Positions 22,201-34,433 of a stretch of DNA of 64,000 nucleotides are shown here, in pieces. How positions within the stretch are numbered: position 1 is the first letter of the stretch; the number at the start of each line of letters is the position of its first letter. Position numbers and translations under genes: made by a program. The notes under the pieces were generated by a model. It had not been told where the DNA came from and did not search any database. It saw only the letters and a program-made list of their open reading frames with translations. This stretch comes from Camelus ferus (lineage: Eukaryota): positions 83,578,001-83,642,000 of the forward strand of contig NC_045696.1 of the NCBI RefSeq assembly GCF_009834535.1. Reading direction: 5' to 3'.

Positions 22201-25200
22201 GTTAAAACTAAAGTCTTCTTAAAGCCAGCCTAGAAAACTATTTAGCAAATGAGCTGATTTATACTGTTATTATTGTGCTGGTTAACAGGAAAAGAAAAAA
22301 AAAAAACAAAAGGAAGCATAAGATGATAGCAATGCCTCTTTTGGCTACAGTATCAACACCATCCCATTTAAGAAATGAGAACCAAGGACTAAAGTCTTGG
22401 CATCTGCCAAGTCCTTCGTAAACAAGAAAACACAAAAGATTTTGCTATAATTCAAGAGCCATTCTCATCAGTGCTTTAAGGAGGGCAGAAATTAAGCTAT
22501 GTTAAAGCTTGTCTTGGCCCAATTATAGAATGAAAGTGAGGCATCAATGGAATGGTCCCAGGATAGGTTTCAAGTCAGTTTGAATCCAGCTCTTGGTCCT
22601 TGTTAGGACTTCAGGGGACAGCCAACAATTACATTTCACTCATTGTCTTGCTCCGAAAGTGCTGCCGTGGCTGCTACGCAAATTGAAAACAGAATGTACA
22701 CAGGCTAATGCCTATGGTATCTTTCCAATTTATCTTTCGGGCATTATCACCTCCCAGTGTCCCTCCTTGAAAGTCTGACATGTGCCCTGAATTCTCATTT
22801 TGTAGGATGATAAGCTATTCACTCCAAAGAGAACGTTGAAGAAAATGGCCCTGTGTTAAAGTGTGAAGAATGCCACCTGAAATACATCTTTTAAAATTTG
22901 AAAATAGCTTCTGTCTTATAGCAGAAATTGTGTTATACATAAACTTGCCTTCCAGGCAGTCCGGTCTTTCTGGATGGAAGCTGTAGCATTATTGACTTAA
23001 TTCATTGCTGTTTGACTCATGTCCAGCCATCTGGTATAGTTTCACAGTGGAATTATTACCCTGCTTTGTGAAAATATTCAAGACCACTGATTTTTGTTTT
23101 CCATTGTTCTTAAAAAGAGAAAAAAAATTAAACACTATGTGTGTCTCTGTGATGTGAAAGTAAATATAACCTGTTGCAGTTCAAGATTGGAAAATGTTCC
23201 TTTAGAAAACTCGGCGGGATGATACAGGAAGAAATGTTGCTCACATACAGACTGATTTCTACTAGTTCATTGATCTCATCGTTCAGCATCCCCTTTTAGA
23301 GTGTGCGTTAACAAAAACCCTGCGTGTATACCAAATTGACAGCATAATCCTAGAGTGTTTTATGTAACTAGACACTAGCAATAGAGAATACTGTATTGAC
23401 TCCGAGATTTCAGGCAATGGCACTTCAAGCGACTTGTATTAATGCTTTATATTGATATAAAACCTTTCTTCCAAAAAGTACAAAGCACTTTCTTAAAATT
23501 GCCTTATTGGGTTTTGTAACAACTCAGCAATGCACAGTATCTGAGACTACGGTGTGTTGAGCTGAGATAATACCTTAAGTTTCCTGATTTCTAATTTAGT
23601 ATTTCAAACATTTAATCATTAGACATCCTTTCAGCTTCCAAAAATGCCAAAAATTATTCATTCTGTACAAGACTTGAGAAAGATTTTATTTCAAAGAAGA
23701 TCTTTTTAGAGACCATAAATCATTAAGTAAAAGTTTAAAAATCAATTGCATGAGAATTCAAGTGACATTCTTTCAGCTAAGGATTTAAGTCTATCATATT
23801 CTACCCCAAAGAAGAATAACATGAATGTTATGGAGAGATTAAAAAAATAGATGTTTTCCAGTAACTACACAAAATATTCCAAAAGTTAGGCACATTCTTT
23901 ACTAATTCAAAATGCTTGACTAACCTTTTAACTGCAGAAAATTTTCACTAGACTTAAAAAAAATCTAAAGATTAGCCATATTAGGAAATATTTAGAATCA
24001 TTTTGATAGAAATATCAATTGGAAAAAATAGTTCTTTTGGGGGGAAGGTAATGACGTCCTACTTTCTTATAACATTACTTCTAATCTTTGACTTAAAACA
24101 CACAATGTCTAAATTATAAAATCTGCCACCAGCTGTAGTGGATGCATGGAGAAATTAACACTAAAAGATCAAACTCTATTCAGGTGCAAGGTAGAGGGGA
24201 CCTCGGAGGTTCAAAAGCAAGGTATACAAGTCAAGTCCTCAACCAGTCATTTGCCTTCTTATTTTGCTGAGTTTAATACAGACAGCTATGTTCCAACCCA
24301 ATGCACTGCCCTTCTCTGCTCTTTTAGCATACATTTCCCTCTCTCCCTCTTTTTACTTGGTCTTTTGAAGATACTTACATCAATGGGGAGGAACAACACT
24401 TTCCTAAAGCTAGCAGCTGACGGTTGGCAGCTCACCGAAATTTCATAAGGAGGAGCACTTAGCAAGTTTGTTTTTCTTGTTTTGATCAGATGCATGATAG
24501 CGTCACCAACATCAGCCATTACAATTGTTTGCTCTTTGGATTAAAACACAGCAAAGAAGAAAAATGTATGCATTTTATTTAGGTTCAAGTGACCTGACAC
24601 TAGCAAAATCACGTGCCATCTTTGCCTTTTCTAGATTCCATACACTTTCTCTTTCATTTGGAGCAACAGTGTGTTTGGCTAATGACCTCACTGCTTTTTG
24701 CTGTTAAGGGCACTGAAGTGCCATTAACAAATATTAAAGTACCATTGATTCCATTAGTACTGACAAGCACTAAATCCCAGTTTCTTTTTAAATAAGCATT
24801 AAAACAAATGCAGATGTCCTTTATTAACAAGCGACATGCTGAGCAACCCTTATTGCAATAGTTGAATATATGAAGGATATCTTAAAGAACAAGTTAGAAT
24901 CTTAAGGATCTGAAATGCTAGAACTTGGGTGTGATGAAGGACAAGTGAAGGAATTAATATGAATTTTCTCCACGCACAGGAACCCATCCAAAGTGCCATG
25001 TTTTAATCTCCCAGATTAGAATCATAATCACTTTTCACCTTCATATGTCCCTGCGTTTATGTATCATAACACATAGAATACCACAGTGGTGAAGAAGACA
25101 CACAAGCGTAGAGCACAATAGGCCAATTTATGAATGAGGAACCTAAGTCCAGGAAGTGGGCGTGGCTTAGGTGGGCTCTCACTCTGTGACTCCCCGCCCC

Positions 25201-25539
25201 CCCCGCCCCCGGGTCCCCATGATTAGCTGTTCCCACAGACTAGCAAAGCACTTTCCATTCTGAAGCAATGTCACAGGGAAGATAATTCTGTGACTGGGCA
25301 TTGAGATTTTCTGGAAGATCTGACCACTATAGGAATGTTTTCTATCTCAGGAGAACTTGGACTTTGGCATAAACCTAAGACCCAAGTGTGCAGCAAAAAG
25401 AAGTATGTTTTATCTTTTTGTATTAATCTCATCCCTAAGCACTATTTTATTTCTTTACCCTTTTCTCTTTGTTTTTCATTTCTTCTTTACCTATATCTAG
25501 TATGGATTATGCTATTTGTATCTACTCCTTGAAGTCTAC

Positions 25540-25690
25540 TTTTAATTTTTTCAAATAAAGATAAAAAGACAAAAATGAGAGATATTAGCTTGTTGTATTT
25601 GCTACACAAACCTGGAACCTGGAACATGCCTGACACATAGGAGGCACTCAGTAAATATTTGTTGAATAAGTGAAAAATAGTAGATGATGG
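25540..25690 (+). mobile_element. LINE-2 3' end
   Basis: catgcctgacacataggaggcactcagtaaatatttgttgaata. Confidence 0.75.
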
Positions 25691-25727
25691 TTAAATAAAG
25701 AGCTAGATAACACTGGTAGGAGGCCAG

Positions 25728-25800
25728 GAAGGAAGAAAAGAAGAAAGAGAAGGAGGGAAAGAAGGGAGGAAGGAAGCAAGGAAGGAAGGAAGAAAGGAAA
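25728..25800. repeat. Purine-rich (GAAG/GAAA)n simple repeat
   Basis: Directly visible. Confidence 0.85.
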
Positions 25801-25814
25801 GCCTGTACATTTAG

Positions 25815-26300
25815 GTAGATGAAGGTTTTACCCTACTTAGAGATTAAGTTTGACAGAGTGGAGGGAGGCTGGAAGCAGTAACACACTGAATGAAATAACT
25901 ACAGAAGCTAGTAAGTAGCCTGCCACGGTTCTGTGGATGCTAACAAAAGACAAAAGACTCTTGGTCAGAGACAAAGACCTTTATTACTCACAGCAAAAGC
26001 AATAGCAGGAGTATCAGTATGTCTGTGCCGGTTCCCTCAGCTCTAGGCTCCACAGGGCTATTCGGAGGGTCAGGCGGATCGTGAACGCAGAGTGGAGTGT
26101 GTCCCAGGAGATGCACCGCAGGCTTAGGGAATCCATCACTTTTATAGAAAGCACTTTTATATGGTCTGGAAGGACAGCAGCTGTGTCGTAAGACCTGTGA
26201 TTCATTTCCTTGCCTTCCAAGATTGCCACTTTTAGGATTCCCAGTCCAGGAAGATGAGTAAAAAGGGCAAAGGCATAATGGAAGAGACCTCTGCCACACT
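25815..26300 (-). mobile_element. LTR40-related ERVL LTR, degraded
   Basis: ttttaccctactt...tagcctgccacgg...gactcttggtcagagacaaag..ctttattactcacagca is the reverse complement of motifs in the LTR at 1555-2061. Confidence 0.65.
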
Positions 26301-28601
26301 ATGCAGTTTCAGAGGTAAAAGTGTGTTGAGCTACACTGTATGATGAAGAGATAAGCTGTGACTGTGTGTGACATGGGAGCTAGAAGACATACTGAGAGGT
26401 GATTGGTCAAATAGAAGAAAAATAGCAGAAAGTTATCAGCACATTCATCACACGGAATAGCCTGAGACAACTTGGAATACAGAGCAATGTCCCTACTCAA
26501 ACTTTTTTTAAATGTATATTATGGATGGTTTGCAAATATACATAAGCATGCGTAGAAGTCACTGGAGTCTTATGTAGAGGGTGACAAGAGGTGTTGGCCT
26601 GGAGTTACAGGGAAGTGAGGGTGTGTCTGCTGCTGTAATTGATAGATTGCTTCACTGCAAAACACAGAAGCTAAAGTTAGGTTTACTTCCTGGTTGTTCA
26701 AAGGAATGTTTCCACTGCAAAAGGATGGAGAAGTAGGGGTCAATTTAGCGAACTTACGTCCACGATGTAATGTCCTCTAACCACAGACCTCTCTGGTGGC
26801 TCATGTGGCCTTTCTGCAGGGCGGTTTTGTGCTAAGCCCATCCCTGGATCTCACTTTGAGGCCTCCGAGGTTGTCACTATCTGGCTCCCCCTTAAAGAAG
26901 CTTTGAAAACATTTTGAGTATATTCTCTTTCGGAAAAAAAAAAAAAAAAGTGGTTCATAATGTTTGATTTTTACAGGTAGCTATATTATGAAGGATTTTG
27001 TTGTTAGACAGCTGGGAGGTTAGACGTGGAGACACAATAATGAAATTTTAGAAGGACATCTTTAATCCCTCAGGGTCTTAGTAGCTTTGGTCGCTTGTTC
27101 GTCTCCTGAAATTCTAACTTCTTCTTTTCGATTTAGGAATCTTCATTTCCATTCCCTGGGATGTCAGAAACAAAACAGAGGCCACGCTCTTTCAGCTGAG
27201 GGACGAGCAGCAGGCTAAGCAATCTTCCCTGCGTGCTTCGATGATATTTTATCAGTCTATAGTTAATGCCCCGTTATTCACTTTGCTTTGAAAAAAAAAA
27301 AAAACCTCAAAATTACTATAGCTTCACCCAGAAATTCAGGTGGAGTAACCAAAAAAAATGTGTTACAGGTCTTCCAGAATTGCATTTCTACACAGGCATT
27401 TCCAGGTCCAGGATGCAACTGTCAGTGCATTTTTTTTTACTTCCGTGCAGCTGCGCGTGTCGTTTCCATCACTGTGTAGGTATGGGGGGTGGGGGGAGTG
27501 CATCCTGAGTTACGAGGGTCTCCTGGACTGTGCCTTCTCCTGTTCATTGTTGCCACCAGCTCATTAGAACTGCATGAACTGAGCAGTTGTTTTGGTTTGA
27601 ATTTTAAGATAAAATAAATATAAATCTCCAAGATATTTTACAGATACAATCTGATAAATATGTCCATATTTGTTTACAGTATGTTAAATGACTTCGTTCA
27701 TTTAGCTGTAAATAAATAAATCTAACAGTACAGATTCTAGAAAGAAACAAACAAGAAGCTAAATATCAGAAGCATGAAATTAGGTTTCCTTCTTCACTCA
27801 CAAGACTTTTTTTTTTATCTTGAATCACACTCAAAAGAGCCTTGAATGTCTTAAGATGGCCCCAGTCCCGGTGATCATTCTGGTATGGCTTTACTACTTA
27901 GTCAAGAGTCACGAGGTCTTGAGTTATTTTAATCTGTTTAAGTTTCAGAGCATCTTCTTTCTAGTTGTCCGTCAACTGAAACACCCTGAAGTGGCATGTC
28001 TTAGACAAGAGGGTGAACACCTTCAAAGATGCGTAACGTAAGAAAGGAATGAACGTCGCACATCTTTTCCATTTATTATGCTCCTTCCTCATTAATTATT
28101 GCTAAATAACAAGCTCAGACAATAACTACAATAAACTACACAAAAGTTTGCTCATACTTACTTAAGGGCAAAATGTCTATAAGGGGGAAAAACCCCATTT
28201 AATTCTCAAACATGCTGGCCAGAGGCCAGAATGGCAAAAATCAGTGAAGGATAAGTCTTTCATTTCTTTGCATAGGACAGCCTACAATGACTGTTTTCTT
28301 AATGAATGAAAGTAAAGTTAAATCCCTATGTAAAACTAAAGATGAAAATTATATGATGAACCTCTCTATAATAGGCTTAGTCTCTAAGCATCAGATTGGT
28401 TTTCAAAGGCCACCAAGACCAGTTAAACAAGGCTGAACTAGAAAAACAAGACTATTACTCAATGGAAGCCACTGGGATATGGGCCAGCAGGAGGGAGGGG
28501 TAGCTTTTGCCCCAGCTCCCTTGCTGTCTCTGGTTGCTTGGGTTTAGATGCAAAGGTCACACTTACAGCGGCCCTCTGTTTTCACAGTGCTTTCTCTGAA
28601 A

Positions 28602-28800
28602 TAGGGTTCCTCAACCTGGACACTATTGCATTTGGGGCAGGATAATTCTTTATCATATGCATCTGTTTAACAGCATCCCTGGCCTCTACGCACTAGAAGC
28701 CAATAGCAACCCATCAGTCATGACAATCTAAAACGTCTCCAGACATTGCCAAATGTCCCCCAAGGGGCGAAATCCCCTCCCATTCCCAACACCGACGCTT
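28602..28800 (+). mobile_element. MER20 DNA transposon
   Basis: ctcaacctgg.cactattg.catttgggg.caggataattct...cagcatccctggcctctac.cactaga...ctccagacattgccaaatgtcccc. Confidence 0.88.
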
Positions 28801-29009
28801 TCTATTAAGACTAACTGACAGCAACTCTGTCCAGGTTTATTAACGCTTTCCTTCCATTGTCCCTTCAGTCCTAGATGTAGCATCACACCCCTCACTGCTA
28901 ACACTGCAGTGCCTCTCTGTCCCTGGTTGGTTCCCTTTGCTTTTGTAAATAGTCCTTTTATAAAAATTCGCCTCATTTGAGTGTGTTATATGTTTGCTCT
29001 TGGGATTCT

Positions 29010-29687
29010 TTTTTTTTTTTCTTGTAAATATATATATATATTTTTTTTTATTGAAGTGTAGTCAGTTTACAAAGTTGTGTCAATTTCTAGTGTACAGCAC
29101 AATACTTCAGTCATAAACAAACATGCATATATTCGTTTTCATATTTTTTCACCATAAGTTACTACAAGATATCGAATATAGTTCCCTGCGCTATACAGCA
29201 TGAACTTGTTTATCTATTCTTTGTATATCAGTTAGTATCTGCACATCTCTAACTCCCAATTTATCCCTTCCCACCCCCTTCTCCCCCTGGTAACCACAAG
29301 TTTGTTCTCTATGTCTGAGAGTCTGTTTCTGTTTGCAAATAAGTTTATCTTTTTTTTTTTTTTAGATTCCACATATAAGTGATATCATATGGTATTTTTC
29401 TTTCTCTTTCTGGCTTATTTCACTTAGAATGACAATCTCTAGGTCCATCCATGTTGCTGTAAATGGCATTATTTTATTATTTTTTACGGCTGAGTAGTAT
29501 TCTATTGTATAAATATACCACAACTTCTTTATCGAGTCATCTGTTGATGGACATTTAGGTTGTTTCTATATCTTGGCTATTGTAAATAGTGCTTCTCTGA
29601 ACATTGGGGTGCATGTATCTTTTTGAATTAAGGTTCTCTCAGGATATATGTCCAGGAATGGGACTGCTGGATCATATGGTAAGTCCA
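29010..29687 (-). mobile_element. Relatively young 5'-truncated LINE-1 3' end with TSD
   Basis: Poly(T) tail, then attgaagtgtagtcagtttaca... L1 3'UTR. 15-bp TSD TGCTCTT(G/A)GGATTCT at 28995-29009 and 29688-29702. Confidence 0.92.
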
Positions 29688-29870
29688 TGCTCTTAGGATT
29701 CTGCTTGATGACTCTCCATTTTCCTCCAATCCCACTAAACTACTTACTGTCCATCAGTAAAAACTTGTTCACTTTCTTTGAGTCCTTATACAAGTCGTCC
29801 TTATAAAAGAAATGGAGGCAGCATTCACTGAGCTCAAACATGTCAAATATGGTGGCTGGTGCTTACATAT

Positions 29871-30480
29871 TGTGGTAAATATTAGTTTTTGATTGTCTCA
29901 GCAGCATCTATTTTCTCCTTCCAAAAAGTACCCTAATTTGGGTCCAAGTACCCACCCCTTCCATACATAACCCAGGTGCTTCAGGCAGAACTGGCCCCAC
30001 TACTGGCTTCAGAAACTGATTATTCAAAGGATAATCCCTGTGTCCTTGCAAGTGATGGGCACAGGAACCCACGGTTTGAGCCATTCACCACATTACGTAA
30101 GAGTTTGGCTCCAAAATGAGCATGTGTTACAATTCGATCAGATGAGACAAGAAGAGCACTTGGACAGGAGTTCTGGGAAAGACAGACATTTCCTCACTCC
30201 AAAGACAGAGTCACCAAAAACGTCCTTTTGGTCTCTGAATATTCTTTGTCTGGAACACTTGTGGCTGTCTTAGTAGGAGTATGAAGAAGTCAGCATGGGA
30301 AGGAAGTCAAAGTTAGAAAATCACACACACTCAAAAATGAGGCTATCAATTCAACCATAACTAATCATTGCCAAGTTTCTGGACTTTCTTAATTATGTTC
30401 TCCTCTACATTTACTCATTCTGAACAGCACTTGCATTGGCATGTCTGCCACTTGTAGCTAGATGCCTTCTACCTGAGCCA
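29871..30480 (+). mobile_element. MLT1 (MaLR) solo LTR, degraded
   Basis: tgtggta start, gagcatgtg...caattc..tcagatgaga, tctggactttc and tctgccacttgtagc near the end. Confidence 0.6.
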
Positions 30481-33400
30481 TTCATTCAATTCATTCAACA
30501 ATTGCTTATTTTGTGCTCACTAGAAACTACGCCCTGCTCTGCAATGAGCCAAAGAACCCAAAATTAATAAGCAGAGTTATATAGTTAATTTTCATATCAC
30601 TCTAAGAGCTAGATGTAAGTGTCTGATGCTGAGTGAAGAATTTTCAACTGAGAGGAGTAAAGCAACTCGTTAAGGAGACCGAACAACAAAGAGCTGGAAC
30701 TGGACAAGGTCTGTCTGAGCACATGGTCTTTCTGTTGCACACCTCTCAGTGTGAATCAGACATGTTAAATCATTCAGACGCCACTTAATCTAGATCAGTG
30801 TCTGCACAGAAGAGACACAGTCAGGCAAGTTTTGATAAAGAGGAAGCAGTTCGATAGTCCAGGAGTCTGGAGCAGTCTCCGTGAGTTTAACAGAGAACTA
30901 AAATAGCTATGCAGTTGCACCCCCCAACCCCCCCCCCAACCCCGAGGATTGGACCTACATTAGCTCTCACTGATTCAGGGCCCTCTGACTTCTGCCTGCA
31001 TTCTCCACCTCATAGCCTCCGAGCAAGCCAATGGCTCTCAACGTCCTGCTTTCCTGTAGGGGCCAGGAGAACATCTGCATCCTTTCCATGCCCCATGGAA
31101 CTTTGCACAATCATGTCCTGCTTCCACTTCTATTCTATTCCTATGTTTCAACGGGAGACCAGAGTACAGCTCTGCTTACAGATTTCCTTTCAAAATGGCG
31201 GCCACTCTCCCAGGTGCCCTCTTAGGTCTGCAACCCAGAGAAAGGAAGGCATTGCAACCATGTCTGACCGATCACCATCCCTCCTTCCTTTTCCCACACG
31301 AGGTGGAAGGGGCCGGCTTTACACATCTTTGGGTTTGTCAGGTGTTACCCTATTTCACATTCCTGACTCTAATCTCTTGCTGGGACCATCAGGTGGACTG
31401 TGTGAAGAAAGAAAAGCTACTTTTCTCATAATATTCCTCATGAAGCATTCCAGAAATATTTCTGTCATCTCATTACAAATGTCAACACACTGACCAAGTG
31501 AAATTGTTTCCAAAATAAAATGAGGTTGTATAAAAGCTGTTGATAACATGTAAAGGACCATAGAAGTGTAAGTTATCATAGTATTACTGTTAAGTCACAA
31601 AGGAAACAATCCATTCGGCCCTATATTCCAATTTCAGTATCTTTCTGTACTGAAAGTGAATTATGAAATTTAAAGATGCCAACCATATACCGTCACAAAA
31701 TGGAGCAAGAAACCACTCGGTAGATTATAACAGTAAGTTTTTGGTAAATCTTTGACTCCTCAAATAACATTTTAGAGTGAGACGCTCTTATGGATTTTCA
31801 ATCAGTGGTTCTCAGGCCTGGGGAGCATTGAAATTATACTGACGTCAGGCTCTTCAAACTAACTAAATCGGAGTTAAGTGTTCCTTCTTGAGAAGAATGA
31901 CATTACATGAAAGAAATAAAAAAATCTGAGAGTTATTAATACAAAATTTTAATTTTTAAAGTTAAATCTCCTCTGGAAAATCAGGACCTCCACATAGATG
32001 GGCAAACTAAAATAAAAAACCTAAGGTCACTTGGCCAAGCTCTAATCTTATTTTCAGAGTCAGAGAAATAAAAAGTCATCCTATCCAGACACAGTTTCAT
32101 TTTTAGAGAGAGAAATATGAAGACTTGTCCAAAGTTTTCCTCCATAATGCACATCCCAAGTTTCTCGGATTCCACCGGGACTCCCAGAGAGGGTGACGGT
32201 GTCCCCGCCGGGGTCCCCGCCCCGCGACCCAGGCGTTGCAGCATCACGGCACACACTTCCCCGCTCCTCATCCAAGTGAACGCCCGACTTTAGACAAACG
32301 TGAAGTCGTTTCAGCTCCTCCTCACACTTCGGTTGGCCTAGCCCACCAGCTGATCAGAAACACAGATGCCTGAGATAGAAATAGTCCTGTCTCCCTGGCT
32401 CCCAGGACCAGCGATAAATGGGGCGGAGGCCAGAGCCACGAAAGGAGGTGCTGTTGGAACCAGCACCCCGGCAGCAAGCTGAATCATCGCTGCCATTCAG
32501 AACGTGACCAAAAGAAACCAGTGCTTAGGGGCAAAGGAAGCGGGTTTTGTTTTTTGTTTTTTGTCTTTTTTTTATCCTGTGACTCCGTAGAGACGGTGGT
32601 GACAACAGCTGTGCTTCCTCCCCTAAGAAAGTCATCTTAGCGTTAGATTTTCCCTAAGGAGGGAGCAGATGGAGAGAAGCCTGACTTACACATATGTGGC
32701 TGCTGCTGGCTTTCTTACTACTGTTGCTGACCCTGGATTAGAGGGAGAAAGAGGGCTTTGGAGGAGGGAGGGAATGGTTATTCAGGAGACTCTTTCCGAC
32801 CTGCTGACCTACAGCCCCAAGGATGCGTTAATACTAGGGGTTAACTGTGTATTCTTTGAACTTCTTCTCAAGATGGTGGCAATAGGCTATCATTTTGTGT
32901 AAAATGACTGATATCTCGTGATTCCCTAGGAAACGTGACAGGCATGACAGGTGTGATAGGCAACGTTGCTACAAAGATGAACAGCACAGAGTTCCTAGCC
33001 ACAGAGTGGTTACAGTCTCGCTTCCTAGGGGCATAGTGAGTTGCATCATAAGCTATGTTTGGGCATAGTAACCAGCATACTTTCTTTTTGCAAACAGAGT
33101 ACTTCTCACCCTCACATCATTCTACAGAGAAGCACCCGATCTGTGCCCGGCATCGTACCCAGGAGAGTGTCATAATTGGGTGAAAAAGCAAAGAAGGAAA
33201 AAAAAAAAGTCTTCCTTCTTCCTGACTTTGCTTCCAAAGATTTAAGCCTTAAGGACACAATGAGCTCCTATAATGGATAAAACATTTGCTCGAAAGATAA
33301 AGATTCTCCTTTTCTTTCAGGGAGGAGAGATGAAGGTGGAGAGGATGAGGGCAGAGAGTTTAATGAGAAAGAGAAGAGAGGGCCAGACCCACGAAAGCCA

Positions 33401-34265
33401 TGCAAACTGAACAACAGTTTCAGCACAGGGCCACCATGGCTTGTTCAGGCATCCGGGAGATGAATGGGGGCTGAATTTCCATCCTCAGACTACCAGGCCT
33501 GCACTGCATGCTCCCAAGATAAGGCTAGCAGGTCCTGCCGCGGGCAGCTGCATCTATGGATGCAGTTACCCTTCATGGGTAACCAGCACCGTCAAGGGGG
33601 TGCCCAGCAATTGACATCCATCCCAGTCCAGAGACTTAGCTTTCACCCTTCCTATGTGCTTCACATAAACATACCTTTGCTGCATCCCAGAGAATGGGCG
33701 GGGGCAATGGCATCCGGTGGGGTTATCAGGAATCCTAAGACGGCTTCATGCCTACTGTTTAGCAATACCTGGAAGAATGAGACAAAACTGATCAAAACTT
33801 TTCCTGAGTAAGGAGACTATTAGATATTGTTAGAGAGAGTGATGTGAGCACAGTGGGGCAGAATGGGAAAGAAAAAGAAAGGGACATCCATGTTTCGGGG
33901 ACAAGAAGAGGTATCGCTTCTTTGAGGAAGGGACACTGGGCCCCCGTCTAGAAAGCAAGATGGGTAGAGGCCTTCCAGGTGAAGCAAGAAAAGCATAGCA
34001 TCCAGACCATTAGAAGAGCCAGAAGTCATGTGACATAAAACTCAAAGAAGGGATATGGCAGTGGAAGTCAATCATATCAAATGCATCAGAAATTTCCTAA
34101 GACTCTACTGGACATGAAAAGTGTCCTTTAGCTTTGGCCATTAACCACTGGACTTAGGCATCAGAGAGCACGGGTGATTCCCGTCAGAACAATGTCATCA
34201 GGTGGCAAGCTTGGAAGATAGGACGTGCTGCTCTGAAGGAGAACTATGGGAGAGGACGTGAACAG

Positions 34266-34433
34266 AGTGGTGGTTCTCAAAGTCTAGCCCCTGGACCAGC
34301 AGCATCAGTATCACCAGGGAGTTTGTCACAGATGCAGATTCTCACACGTACACACGTACTCCCCGAGCCATCAATCAGGCGTTCACAAGCCCTTCAGATG
34401 ACTCTGATCCTTGCTAGAGTTTGAGAACCACTG
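34266..34433 (+). mobile_element. MER5A DNA transposon
   Basis: gtggttctcaaagt...ggaccagcagcatcagtatcacc.ggga...atgcagattctc...agtttgagaaccactg. Confidence 0.85.

Noticed and set aside
30909..31493. 194-aa ATG-initiated ORF
   Set aside because: No recognisable domain, promoter or splice context; composition looks like random intergenic sequence.
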